Below, in pieces: positions 1 to 8,641 of a DNA stretch of 64,000 nucleotides. The stretch covers positions 4,164-68,163 of the forward strand of contig CANPXO010000001.1 in NCBI GenBank assembly GCA_947586205.1. Reading direction: 5' to 3'. The position numbers were made by a program, and so were the translations under genes. Every line of letters begins with the position of its first letter. Within the stretch, counting starts at the first letter, position 1. Below the pieces are notes generated by a model that saw nothing but the letters and a program-made list of their open reading frames with translations, did not search any database and was not told the DNA's origin. The DNA comes from an uncultured Bacilli bacterium (GTDB taxonomy: Bacteria; Bacillota_I; Bacilli_A; RF39; UBA660).

Positions 1-5
1 GCGCG

Positions 6-227
6 GTGATATCTCCAGAACTCACTCCTAATGAAGCCAACAGTGTGGGAAACTGGCTTGTCCTTGTCGGAGATTACCTTCTTGCTTATGCTGGACAACT
101 CGCTTTAATCCAAGGAAGAATGGAAACGAATCAAAACCAAAATAGTCAAATGCAAATGGATTCTTTAATCGAAATTTTAAAGAAAATGGAATGTGAAATC
201 GAAAAGTTAAAAAAGAAATGTTCTTAA
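6..227 (+). CDS. Hypothetical protein, probably the C-terminal part of a gene truncated by the window edge
   Basis: The ORF runs to the window start. Its composition looks coding (hydrophobic segment followed by a K/E-rich tail). No family was recognised. The overlapping minus-strand ORF 28..249 looks spurious. Confidence 0.3.
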   Translation: MISPELTPNEANSVGNWLVLVGDYLLAYAGQLALIQGRMETNQNQNSQMQMDSLIEILKKMECEIEKLKKKCS

Positions 228-229
228 AA

Positions 230-1090
230 TTATTTTCTTCGATTTTCACTCACTAACGAAAGTTCTTCCGTGAGTTGTTTAATTCTTTCAATAATTCTTC
301 TTGCTTTTAATTTATCTAATTCTTTCCCAGCTAAATGAATTTCTAGTTCTTCCAAAGTTAAATTGGATGTAAAAAATGTTGGTAAATGAGAGTTCATTCT
401 CGATTGTAAAATCGTTCCCAATACTTCATCACGGCTCCATTCACTCACTTTTTCAGCTCCAATATCATCAATACATAAAACATCTACCGTTTGATAATAG
501 TTCATCTTCGCATCATAAAATTCCCAATCTTTTAAATCTTTTAAAACTTCAGGAAAATAAATGAGCTCGGTAGTCACATTTTTCTTCTCTTCTAATTCAT
601 TTAATAAAGCACCAATCAAGAATGTTTTTCCAGAACCAAAACTTCCACTTAAGTAAAGTCCTTTTTGAGGTTTTGAAAAATCAAAGTTTTCAAAGTATTC
701 AATAATCCATTTAATCACTTTTGCTCTTTTTTTATCACTGCCATCAATATCTTTCATTCGTGCTTCTTTATTTTTTTCAAGTTCACTTTTTCTTACTTCA
801 TTTTCTTTCACCTTATAACGGCATGGAACATAGGAAAAAGTGAATAATCCTTCTTCTTTTTTAGGCATACTCACATGTCCTAGATAGGCATTCTTACATT
901 CAAAAAGACCTTTACATTTTTTACAATGTTCAAGTTCTTCTACGGTATCTTGTAATTTGGTTACTTTTTTCATCGTTTCTTCTTTCGTAAGTCCGACAGA
1001 CTTTACTAATTCTCGAAAATCTTCATTGTGACATGCTTCTTTTAAATTTTTTTCTAATGCTTCTATATTTTTATTTCCACTTACAAACAT
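230..1090 (-). CDS. dnaI: Primosomal protein DnaI (helicase loader, AAA+)
   Basis: Walker A motif GSFGSGKT. N-terminal Cys-rich zinc-binding region (CKKCKGLFEC...C). Lies immediately downstream of a DnaB/DnaD-like gene, as in Firmicute dnaB-dnaI operons. AGGAGG RBS 6 nt upstream of the ATG. Confidence 0.85.
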   Translation of the reverse strand: MFVSGNKNIEALEKNLKEACHNEDFRELVKSVGLTKEETMKKVTKLQDTVEELEHCKKCKGLFECKNAYLGHVSMPKKEEGLFTFSYVPCRYKVKENEVRKSELEKNKEARMKDIDGSDKKRAKVIKWIIEYFENFDFSKPQKGLYLSGSFGSGKTFLIGALLNELEEKKNVTTELIYFPEVLKDLKDWEFYDAKMNYYQTVDVLCIDDIGAEKVSEWSRDEVLGTILQSRMNSHLPTFFTSNLTLEELEIHLAGKELDKLKARRIIERIKQLTEELSLVSENRRK

Positions 1091-1099
1091 AAGGTCCTC

Positions 1100-2380
1100 C
1101 TAATCTTTATATTTACTTAACATACTTTCAAGTTCATTCGATTCTTCCTCTGTCATACCCTCTTTTTCAATCTTTTCATTAAACCAAACCGGTACATCAT
1201 TAGAGACAGGTTTATTACTGACTTTATTTAATTTATTCATCATTTTTTTATGTTCTTTTTCAGCCAAAGCCATCGCATCTTTTGCTGTTTGAACACCGAT
1301 TCGTTTCCACTGACCAGCAATCGTTTCCACAAATGAACTATTTAATTTATTATTATTTTTTTTTAGAACATAATCAATTAAGACATTACACACAGCTGGT
1401 TGTAAACCAACATCGACTAATAAATATTCCACAAGTCTTAAATCTCTATTTGTAGGACTTCCCGTATGATATTTACTCCTTAAAAAATCATATGGTGTTG
1501 TATTTTCAAAGACTTCAATAATTTTTCCTCTTTTCGATGTATCCCCGACTGGGTCTTTTAAATAATCAGGTTGAGACCGATAAATAAGAGTTGGTAATTT
1601 TCCATGATGATTATATTGATAATATTTTCTAGTCTGAATTCGTAACTCTTCTTTGTCAATGGCACCTTTTTCATTCATACAAAGTCTTATAATTTCACAC
1701 ATTTTTAAGGTATCTAAATCATAGACTAAGGCTAAGTTATTAATAAGCTCTTTCATTTTTTTAGTGAGTGTTTTTTCTGTCACCATTCCCCTTGGTAAAC
1801 TAGAAACCAGTAAATCAAAATCGACTTGGTCTTGCATCGTAATCGGTAAAACTTCTCTTCCAATCGCTTCAAAAGAAACAGAATCACTGGATGACTTAAA
1901 GAGTTCATCAAAAGGTGTCGTAATTTCCACATAGTCTTTGAAAGAAAACGGTAAAACGGAAAATTCTTGTTTTAATAAGTCGTATTCTTTAGCCCCAATA
2001 TTATTGTATAAAACAACATTAAAAATAGGATTTGCAAAGAACTCTTTTGGAGTCATCGGCGAATATAATTCATAGACATAGTTACTTGGCTCTCCTGCCT
2101 CATAATAAGTTTTTAATAATCCCACAGCTTCCAGTGTTTTACGAGCCATTTTAATAGATTCTAAATTCATTTTTAAAAGAGTCATAAGATGATGATGAGA
2201 GTAATCGGTACTTACAGAATTATAACGGTCTAAGTCTCTCCATAAAGTCATGTATAAACTGACTGCATTAGAACCAATAATGGGTTCATAAAGACTTACT
2301 AAATATTTACAATCTAATTCTGTAAGAAGTGTTTTATTAAGTACAATATATTTATCTGCTGGTAATAACGAGATGTCCAT
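1100..2380 (-). CDS. dnaB: Replication initiation and membrane attachment protein DnaB (Bacillus-type, DnaD-domain; not the helicase)
   Basis: Length and composition fit Firmicute DnaB, and it sits upstream of dnaI. The track ORF extends to 2461 through non-ATG codons. An internal ATG (MDISLLP...) at 2380 has an AGAAAGAGGTGAG RBS and a TTGAGA-17-TATAAT promoter upstream on the minus strand, so the start was adjusted. Confidence 0.7.
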   Translation of the reverse strand: MDISLLPADKYIVLNKTLLTELDCKYLVSLYEPIIGSNAVSLYMTLWRDLDRYNSVSTDYSHHHLMTLLKMNLESIKMARKTLEAVGLLKTYYEAGEPSNYVYELYSPMTPKEFFANPIFNVVLYNNIGAKEYDLLKQEFSVLPFSFKDYVEITTPFDELFKSSSDSVSFEAIGREVLPITMQDQVDFDLLVSSLPRGMVTEKTLTKKMKELINNLALVYDLDTLKMCEIIRLCMNEKGAIDKEELRIQTRKYYQYNHHGKLPTLIYRSQPDYLKDPVGDTSKRGKIIEVFENTTPYDFLRSKYHTGSPTNRDLRLVEYLLVDVGLQPAVCNVLIDYVLKKNNNKLNSSFVETIAGQWKRIGVQTAKDAMALAEKEHKKMMNKLNKVSNKPVSNDVPVWFNEKIEKEGMTEEESNELESMLSKYKD

Positions 2381-2471
2381 AACTCTCACCTCTTTCTTAA
2401 ACTCTATTATAAAAGAAATCATTTGATTTCTCAAGAAGAAACAAAAAGTTTTTAAAATCACTTTTTCCTAC

Positions 2472-2500
2472 TTGAATTTTTATTTTATTTTTGATATACT
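2472..2500 (+). promoter_or_regulatory. Antisense-RNA promoter of unit A (TTGAAT-17-TATACT with TGn extended -10)
   Basis: -35 TTGAAT at 2472-2477, a 17-nt spacer, and ttGaTATACT at 2495-2500. It converges on the 3' end of small ORF A. The same promoter recurs at 2841-2869 and 3217-3245, and on the minus strand at 14733-14761 and 15107-15135. Confidence 0.55.
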
Positions 2501-2506
2501 GTATAC

Positions 2507-2620
2507 AGATGAAGGAAACTTCATATAATAAAAAAAGGAAGCATTCAGTTTTCCATTACTGAATGCCTACCTATAAAAATGGGTTGACATTTACGTTATG
2601 TAAGTGTCTATTTCTTTATT
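2507..2620 (+). ncRNA. Putative cis-antisense RNA A (type I antitoxin-like), overlapping the 3' UTR and terminator of small ORF A
   Basis: The TSS is inferred ~7 nt after the -10. The RNA ends at hairpin GACAUUUAC..GUAAGUGUC (2585-2607, one G-U wobble) followed by a U-rich run. It is fully complementary to the last codons, stop codon and terminator of the convergent small ORF. Confidence 0.4.
2525..2566 (-). terminator. Intrinsic terminator of small-ORF A mRNA
   Basis: On the minus strand, hairpin GCAUUCAGU..ACUGAAUGC is followed by CUUCCUUUUUUUAUU. Confidence 0.5.
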
Positions 2621-2703
2621 ATGGAAAGAATTAATATAATTTCCAATAAAATAGTGATGACATACCTTAAGACTTGTAAATGATAACTCTGCTTTTTTGT
2701 CAT
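2608..2703 (-). CDS. Small hydrophobic peptide A (31 aa, MTKKQSYHLQVLRYVITILLEIILILSIIKK); putative type I toxin-like membrane peptide
   Basis: Not in the ORF track because it is too short. SD AGAAGAAAGGGG lies upstream. The 5' leader (about 2745-2756) contains CTTTCTTCTCTC, complementary to the SD. It has a polar N-terminus, a single TM helix and a C-terminal KK, like BsrG/TxpA/Fst. Confidence 0.45.
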   Translation of the reverse strand: MTKKQSYHLQVLRYVITILLEIILILSIIKK

Positions 2704-2788
2704 ATCAATCACACCCCTTTCTTCTTTAGATTTTGTTATAGAGAGAAGAAAGTGGTAGACACCCAGTAACTAAATACTTCCTATGAAC

Positions 2789-2817
2789 ATAATAGCATAC
2801 TTTTATAATATTAGCAA
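2789..2817 (-). promoter_or_regulatory. Promoter of small ORF A (TTGCTA-17-TATTAT)
   Basis: Read on the minus strand: TTGCTA atattataaaagtatgc TATTAT. It recurs at 3165-3193 (-), 14413-14441 (+) and 14785-14813 (+) with a TAATAT -10. Confidence 0.5.
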
Positions 2818-2875
2818 GCAAAAATATTATTTTTTGCCACTTGAATTTTTATTTTATTTTTGGTATACTGTATAC

Positions 2876-2992
2876 AGATGAAGGAAACTTCATATAATAA
2901 AAAAGGAAGCATTTCAGTTTGCTATGCTGAATGCCTACCTATGAAAATTGGATAGACATTTACAATTTACTTGTAAGTGTCATTTCTTTATC
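2876..2992 (+). ncRNA. Putative cis-antisense RNA B
   Basis: Promoter TTGAAT (2841-2846), 17-nt spacer, tgGTATACT (2864-2869). Terminator hairpin GACATTTAC..GTAAGTGTC at 2955-2981 followed by a T-rich run. Confidence 0.4.
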
Positions 2993-3081
2993 ATGGAAAG
3001 AATAAATATTACTTGCCATAATATTGTGATAATGTAATCAAATATTTGAAGTACAAATTTCTTGTTTTGACTCATATTCAT
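2980..3081 (-). CDS. Small hydrophobic peptide B (33 aa, MNMSQNKKFVLQIFDYIITILWQVIFILSMIKK); putative type I toxin-like
   Basis: SD AAGGAGAAAGGGG lies upstream and the leader carries CTTTCTCCTCTC (anti-SD). It is a paralog of peptides A, C' and D'. Confidence 0.45.
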   Translation of the reverse strand: MNMSQNKKFVLQIFDYIITILWQVIFILSMIKK

Positions 3082-3251
3082 CACACCCCTTTCTCCTTAA
3101 AAAAATTATTTTATAGAGAGGAGAAAGTGGTAGACACTCAGCAACTAAAATGCTTCCTACAAACATATTAGCATACTTTTATAATATTAGCAAGCAAAAA
3201 TATTATTTTTTGCCACTTGCATTTTTATTTTATTTTTGATATACTGTATAC

Positions 3252-3366
3252 AGATGAAGGAAACTTCATAAAATAAAAAAAAGGAAGTATTCAGTTTTCC
3301 ATTACTGAATGCCTACTTTAGAAAGTTGAAGACATTTACAATTGCTTGTAAGTGTCATTTTTTTGT
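3252..3366 (+). ncRNA. Orphan antisense-RNA unit C (promoter and terminator present, cognate small ORF absent)
   Basis: Promoter TTGCAT (3217-3222), 17-nt spacer, TATACT (3240-3245). Terminator hairpin 3331-3356 followed by T7. The expected small-ORF position is taken by the 3' end of the thioredoxin-like gene, so the unit is degenerate or truncated. Confidence 0.3.
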
Positions 3367-3399
3367 CATAAAGAAAAAGAAAAGCAATATTTACTTTTC

Positions 3400-4116
3400 T
3401 TAACATGCATCCGTACAAACATCTAAACTTATTGAATTTAATAATTCTTTTAAAGTGTTTTTAAGTTTTTCTCGATCACTTTCTGACAATGTTTCATACC
3501 CAGTTTCTTGAGCATCTACTGTTCCCTCATGTATTGCTTTAATCTTCCCACCTTGAACTGCCACGATTGTGGGAGCATAGAGTCTTTTTTCATTGGTCTC
3601 AATACTTTTTCCTTTGGAATCATATAATGTATAATCACTTAAATAATCTTTTAATAAATCTAATATTTTATAATAGTCAGCACTCCCCTCTTTTTGAGTC
3701 ATCACTTTATTATTCTCATCTAAGGCAAGTGTAGAACGAATGTCTTTAATATTTAAATAATAAATCTCCCCAATACTTTCTTCTTTAGCAGCTTCCTCTA
3801 AAATAGGTAGTATCGTTCGGCACCAAGGACAAGTTGGAAAACCAAAATAAATAATTCCTGAACCACTTTCCAAAATTTTTACAATTTCTTCTTCTGTTTT
3901 ATATACAAAAGGATTGTCATCATCAAGTTCTACAATAGGATATTCCTTTTTATTATTTTCATTTACTTGACCGTTCAAAGAACCATATTCTTCCTTTATT
4001 TTTACTGCATCTTTCTCTTCCGTTTCTCTATTTTGAAAAGCAAAGAAGGCGCATACACAAGCAATCACTACAATCACACCTAGTAAACCTACTAACACCC
4101 AGTTTTCTTTCTTCAC
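3400..4116 (-). CDS. Membrane-anchored thioredoxin-fold protein (CPWC active-site-like motif)
   Basis: N-terminal TM helix and an FPTCPWC motif. It starts at GTG (the track shows M). The thioredoxin-like fold is inferred from the motif and length. Confidence 0.55.
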   Translation of the reverse strand: MKKENWVLVGLLGVIVVIACVCAFFAFQNRETEEKDAVKIKEEYGSLNGQVNENNKKEYPIVELDDDNPFVYKTEEEIVKILESGSGIIYFGFPTCPWCRTILPILEEAAKEESIGEIYYLNIKDIRSTLALDENNKVMTQKEGSADYYKILDLLKDYLSDYTLYDSKGKSIETNEKRLYAPTIVAVQGGKIKAIHEGTVDAQETGYETLSESDREKLKNTLKELLNSISLDVCTDAC

Positions 4117-4182
4117 TTTTATTCACTTCTTTCTATTAATATTATAACGAAAAGACATAGAAAAAACAAGATTTCTCTTGTT

Positions 4183-4854
4183 TTAGACAGCATTTTTTAA
4201 TTCTTCGATGTATTTATTTACTTTTGTAGCCCAAGTTGTACTTTCTGCATACTTTGTATTTATTTGTTCTGGTGTTACAAGCCCTTTTTGAATATAATTT
4301 TTAGAAAGGTTTTTGATCATTGCTTCGATTCCAGCATCTAAGCTTTCAAATGTATCATAATACCCACCATTACATCTTCCAGGTCCTTTCATTCCACCAA
4401 CATTGTTACATTTAGTTACTAACGCACTACAATTCCATTTACAACCTGTTTCTAGTAAAGTAATCGATACAGCTAAGTAAGGGTCTACTCCGTATTCCAC
4501 AGAATATTCGGCAAAACTACTTCCATATCCTTCTAGATCACTATGTAAACTTAAATTTAGTTTATTTGTAAGCTCAGTCATCGTCATTCCATCATAAACG
4601 ATAGGTTCTGGTGTGGTAGCTTTCAAACTAATCACTTCAATTTGTTGTTCTATATTTTCAACTTTTTCTTGGCTGTTTAATTCATTTTTTTGATTTTTCA
4701 TTAAAATCGTTTCATATAAGAAATTTCCTGATGTCGTAATTCCACTTTCAAATGTCACGAGTATGACATCTTCTAAACGATTCACTAAAAATTCTAAACA
4801 TCCAATAACGGTTAAAGCTAATGCAATTAACTTTACCGAGGGTAATTTTTTCAT
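4183..4854 (-). CDS. Mannosyl-glycoprotein endo-beta-N-acetylglucosaminidase-family protein (glucosaminidase domain), secreted or membrane-anchored
   Basis: Signal/TM segment at the N-terminus. The C-terminal region resembles the LytD/FlgJ glucosaminidase domain (..YGVDPYLAVSITLLETG..NN..G..). Confidence 0.5.
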   Translation of the reverse strand: MKKLPSVKLIALALTVIGCLEFLVNRLEDVILVTFESGITTSGNFLYETILMKNQKNELNSQEKVENIEQQIEVISLKATTPEPIVYDGMTMTELTNKLNLSLHSDLEGYGSSFAEYSVEYGVDPYLAVSITLLETGCKWNCSALVTKCNNVGGMKGPGRCNGGYYDTFESLDAGIEAMIKNLSKNYIQKGLVTPEQINTKYAESTTWATKVNKYIEELKNAV

Positions 4855-5018
4855 TAATAATCCATCCTTCTTTTTTTCCGGAAAGCATCACTATCATACC
4901 ATAGTCTATGTGTCTTTGTCAAATATTTTCTTTCAAAAACACGTACATTTGTTTTTAAAATAAGCAAAAAAGCCCGTTAAAATAAGGGATTATATGTACA
5001 TCATATTTTTTATATATT

Positions 5019-5540
5019 TTATCCAAAAAAGAGGAATGTGATAAGAAAAGCAGCTAAAATTCCCATAAAATCGGCAAATAATCCTGCTTGTAAAGCATGT
5101 TTGGTTTTGGTAACCCGAATGGAGCCAAAATAGAGAGCTAAAACATAAATCGTTGTATCTGTACATCCTTGTAAATTAGATGCCAGTCTTCCTACAAAAG
5201 AATCAGGTCCATACATTTGAAAAATATTCGTCATAATGGCTAATGAGGCTGTTCCAGAAATTGGTCTTACAAAAGCCATTGGTAAAATACTAAGAGGAAT
5301 TCCAAAACGACTTAATGCAGGTGTTAAAAAGGAAAAAACAAATTCTAGAAACTTACTATTTAAAAAGATATTCGTAACAAAAACCATGGCAATTACAGCA
5401 GGTGCAATTTTAAAAGTGGTAATCAGTCCTTCTTTTGCTCCGACTAAAAAAGATTCATAAATGTTTACTTTCTTTCTAAAAGCATATAGTACAATTCCTA
5501 GAACAAACACAGGAACAATGTAATTAGAGAGTTGAAACAC
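5019..5540 (-). CDS. spmB: Spore maturation protein B
   Basis: A polytopic membrane protein of the nucleoside-recognition/Gate family. It directly follows spmA and dacB, in the same order as the B. subtilis dacB-spmA-spmB operon. Confidence 0.7.
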   Translation of the reverse strand: MFQLSNYIVPVFVLGIVLYAFRKKVNIYESFLVGAKEGLITTFKIAPAVIAMVFVTNIFLNSKFLEFVFSFLTPALSRFGIPLSILPMAFVRPISGTASLAIMTNIFQMYGPDSFVGRLASNLQGCTDTTIYVLALYFGSIRVTKTKHALQAGLFADFMGILAAFLITFLFFG

Positions 5541-6126
5541 GTTTTTTCCTCCTCTTTATATAATCAAAAATAAGCCCTGCAATGTTTGATGAGAAAGTAG
5601 CCAGAATACTTGTTAAAATAATTTCCGAAGGATTTGCACTTCCATACATCATTCGAAGAGCAATCACGGTCGTTGGTACAATGGTGACTCCTCCTGTATT
5701 TAATACTAAAAAAGTTACCATAGCTTCTGTTGCTGTATCTTTATGAGGATTATCTTCTTGTAAGCATTCCATCGCTTTTAAGCCAAACGGAGTCGCGGCA
5801 CTTCCAAGACCTAAGGCATTCGCAGCTATATTAGAAGCAATATATCCTAAAGCAGGATGATTCTTTGGTAAACTTGGAAATAACTTACTTAATAAAGGAC
5901 ACACTAATTTGGAAAACTTTTCTAAGATTTTGGAGTCTTCGGCAATTTTCATGACTCCTGTCCATAAAACAAGTAAGGGGATCATATCCAAAAGCAGTTT
6001 GATTCCATCCGTTCCCCCTTTTAAAATTTGATTATTTAAACTTTCAATATTTCCTGTAAAAATCGTAAATAAAGACCCTACGACGAGGAAAAAGACCCAA
6101 ATATATGTTACCATCGAAACAACCAC
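5524..6126 (-). CDS. spmA: Spore maturation protein A
   Basis: Typical SpmA sequence (..GTDGIKLLLDMIPLLVLWTGVMKIAE..). It overlaps the dacB stop and the spmB start. Confidence 0.7.
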   Translation of the reverse strand: MVVSMVTYIWVFFLVVGSLFTIFTGNIESLNNQILKGGTDGIKLLLDMIPLLVLWTGVMKIAEDSKILEKFSKLVCPLLSKLFPSLPKNHPALGYIASNIAANALGLGSAATPFGLKAMECLQEDNPHKDTATEAMVTFLVLNTGGVTIVPTTVIALRMMYGSANPSEIILTSILATFSSNIAGLIFDYIKRRKKRVSTL

Positions 6127-7184
6127 CTTAGAAATCTTTGAAAGAAGTTTTCTTTTTTCTCTTCTTTTGCCTCTTCTCTTTGATAAATTTTCACACTTCC
6201 AAGCAAAGAATCTTTTAAATACACTTCGGCTACCCCAACTTCTGTACTTTTTTCATCCGGATTTACTTTATAATCAATACGAATATTATCTTTCTCGTCA
6301 CTCTTAAGCAAGGCATAAAAGCTCTCTTCTAAATAATACTGCTCAGGATGATTTACATCTATCACTACACTCTCTTTATCCAGTAATAAAACTCTTTCAT
6401 AAGTTTCAAAAACACTTTCACATAAGTCTTTATGGTCCTCAAAATCATTTCCATCATTTAAAGTCACAACAATGCAAGTTTTATCATCTTTCTTAGAAGC
6501 TGTCACTAAAGTTCTTCGAGCTTTTTCAGTAAATCCTGTTTTTCCGCCAATGTTATATTCATAAGTTCGTAAAAGTTTATTTTTGTTTTGCCACACATAA
6601 GTCTTCCCTGTTGTCCGAGCCGTATAACTTTTGGTTTTGATAATTTCTCTAAATGTTTCACTATTTAAAGCATAACGCATGAGTTTTGCCATATCGATAG
6701 CAGTTGAAGTATTTCCACTTCCATCTTGTTCTTCGAGTCCATGTGGATTTAAAAATTTCGTATGACTCATTCCCAGTTCATAGGCTTTCTCATTCATAAG
6801 TCTTACAAACTCTTCTAGACTTCCTGAAACATGAAAAGCAATTTCAATCGCCGCATCATTTCCACTTCGAAGCATAAGTCCATAAAGTAAATCTCTTAAC
6901 GTCATTTCTTCATCAATACTAATATAAATCGCACTTCCATAGGCTTTTAAAACTTCTTCTCCCACTTTTCTTACACTATCTAAATCTTTGTTTTCTAAAG
7001 CTATAATCGCAGTCATAATTTTGGTTGTACTAGCAATTAATTTTTCTTTTTCTCCATTATGACTCATTAAAATACGTCCTGAATCATAGTCCATCACGGC
7101 ATAACTTTTCGCAGAAATGGCCGAGACTTTGAAAGGAAGAAGAAACAATAGAAAAAAAAGGCATACTTTTTTCATGAAAACCAC
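6108..7184 (-). CDS. dacB: D-alanyl-D-alanine carboxypeptidase (sporulation-type PBP5*)
   Basis: Signal peptide, SxxK motif (ASTTKIMTA), SGN motif (RSGNDAA) and KTG-like motif (GKTG). The operon context with spmAB supports the call. Confidence 0.8.
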   Translation of the reverse strand: MVFMKKVCLFFLLFLLPFKVSAISAKSYAVMDYDSGRILMSHNGEKEKLIASTTKIMTAIIALENKDLDSVRKVGEEVLKAYGSAIYISIDEEMTLRDLLYGLMLRSGNDAAIEIAFHVSGSLEEFVRLMNEKAYELGMSHTKFLNPHGLEEQDGSGNTSTAIDMAKLMRYALNSETFREIIKTKSYTARTTGKTYVWQNKNKLLRTYEYNIGGKTGFTEKARRTLVTASKKDDKTCIVVTLNDGNDFEDHKDLCESVFETYERVLLLDKESVVIDVNHPEQYYLEESFYALLKSDEKDNIRIDYKVNPDEKSTEVGVAEVYLKDSLLGSVKIYQREEAKEEKKENFFQRFLRWLFRW

Positions 7185-7228
7185 CTAGTGAAATATATGA
7201 AAAAAGAAACCAATCTATGAGTTTTCTT

Positions 7229-7756
7229 TTATTTTATCGTTCCTTTCATTACTTTTTTGGTATCACTAATGACAATAAAAGCATCGGGGTCATTTTGCTG
7301 AATTAAACTTTCTAATTTTTTTAAATTTTTCGTACTCACTTCAATGAATATCATGAGTTTTGGAACACTGTTAAAACCACTTTCTAAATGAAGAATGTTA
7401 ATGGGGTATCCTCGCATTTTTAAAGAATTAATAAGATCTTTTTTCTCTTCATCAATGATGATTTGAACTCCTACTTCTCCCTTAATAAAATGTTTCGATA
7501 ATAAACTTCCAATCAAAGTTCCCGTTGCAAAACCTAAAGAATAAGAAATCGGAATCCACACACTTTGAATCGGAATCGTAAGAGCTTCTCTAGCAACCAA
7601 AAACCAAATCATAATCTCGGCAAAAGCCAAAATTGCACCTAATACGCATCTTCCCTTTAATAAAATATTTTGTCTAAACGTCGCGATTGTGACATCTAAA
7701 ATACGGGCAAAAAAAATCTTAATACAAACAAATAGTAGTTCCATAAAATCCCTCAC
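7229..7756 (-). CDS. UPF0316/DUF2179-family membrane protein
   Basis: Three N-terminal TM segments plus a C-terminal DUF2179-like domain. The size (~175 aa) is typical of the family. Confidence 0.45.
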   Translation of the reverse strand: MRDFMELLFVCIKIFFARILDVTIATFRQNILLKGRCVLGAILAFAEIMIWFLVAREALTIPIQSVWIPISYSLGFATGTLIGSLLSKHFIKGEVGVQIIIDEEKKDLINSLKMRGYPINILHLESGFNSVPKLMIFIEVSTKNLKKLESLIQQNDPDAFIVISDTKKVMKGTIK

Positions 7757-7808
7757 TCATAGTTTGGAACGTTTCCTTCTTTCTATACAAAAAGGCAAGA
7801 AAAAAGTC

Positions 7809-8087
7809 TTAGAAATTTCCTAAGACAATCACAAAAACAACAATGGCAATGATGATAAGAAGTCCAAAGAGAATAATCCATAGATAGAAATTGGAATCAG
7901 ACCCTTCTCTTTTTTCATAATACACTTTTTTGCCGTTATATTTCTCAGTAATCATTTCTTCATGAAAACGATTTTCTTTTTTCATTTGTTTATAAGTAGC
8001 CATTTGGTCTTGACTAAGCATCGCTCCACAAAAAGGACAAATTCCTCGGTCTGTTCCAATTGCTTTTCCACATCTTTTACAATTCAT
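7809..8087 (-). CDS. Zinc-ribbon membrane protein (hypothetical)
   Basis: CKRCGK..CPFCG zinc-ribbon and a C-terminal TM helix. The start was adjusted to an internal ATG (MNCKR) that has a GAGG RBS. It overlaps the trmL stop by 11 nt. Confidence 0.4.
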   Translation of the reverse strand: MNCKRCGKAIGTDRGICPFCGAMLSQDQMATYKQMKKENRFHEEMITEKYNGKKVYYEKREGSDSNFYLWIILFGLLIIIAIVVFVIVLGNF

Positions 8088-8607
8088 GATAATCCTCAAT
8101 AAAATGATTTCCTTTATGACCAGTGTCTCCTGGTTCATCTTTTAGTAAATCAATATAGTCCTGTTGTCTTAAGGCTTCATATAAAACAATGGCAACAGAA
8201 TTCGATAAATTTAAAGCTCGAACTTTATCTGTCATGGGAATTCTTGCGCAAGATTCTAAATGTGGTTTTAAAATACTCCTTGGAATACCCGTACTTTCTT
8301 TTCCAAAAATAAGATAAATATTTTCTTCTGTATTGGAATAATCAAACTCAGAATGTGGCTTATGACCATATCTTGTATAAAAATAATAGGTTCCCTGATT
8401 CTTTTTTTCAAATTCTTCCCAGTTTGGATATACTGTATAGTCACAATGCTCAATGTAATTTACTCCACTTCGTTTAATATACTTTTCCTCTAAAGAAAAA
8501 CCAAGAGGTTCAATTAAATGAAGACGAGTATGTGTCGCGACACAAGTACGCATGATATTTCCAGTGTTCCCTGGAATTTCTGGTTCAAATAAAACAACGT
8601 TTAACAT
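8077..8607 (-). CDS. trmL: tRNA (cytidine/uridine-2'-O)-methyltransferase TrmL (SpoU family)
   Basis: N-terminal sequence MLNVVLFEPEIPGNTGNIMRTC.. and a 176-aa SpoU-class SPOUT fold. Confidence 0.75.
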   Translation of the reverse strand: MLNVVLFEPEIPGNTGNIMRTCVATHTRLHLIEPLGFSLEEKYIKRSGVNYIEHCDYTVYPNWEEFEKKNQGTYYFYTRYGHKPHSEFDYSNTEENIYLIFGKESTGIPRSILKPHLESCARIPMTDKVRALNLSNSVAIVLYEALRQQDYIDLLKDEPGDTGHKGNHFIEDYHEL

Positions 8608-8641
8608 ATAACCCTCCTAAAAGAAAAAAAGATTTCTCTTT

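Noticed and set aside
28-249. 73-aa minus-strand ORF overlapping ORF 6..227
   Set aside because: The sequence is low-complexity and Phe-rich, with no RBS. It overlaps a more coding-like plus-strand ORF and the dnaI 3' end, so it is a probable frame artefact.
2461-3370. Insertion sequence or MITE-like repeat, or degenerate rRNA/tRNA leftovers
   Set aside because: There is no transposase ORF, no terminal inverted repeats and no target-site duplications. Instead every copy preserves a promoter, SD, small ORF, terminator and convergent promoter, which points to functional small genes.
4960-5018. Rho-independent terminator after spmB
   Set aside because: The candidate stem (CCC..GGG around TTAAAATAAGGG) is only 3-4 bp, although a U6 run follows. 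It is too weak to call with confidence.
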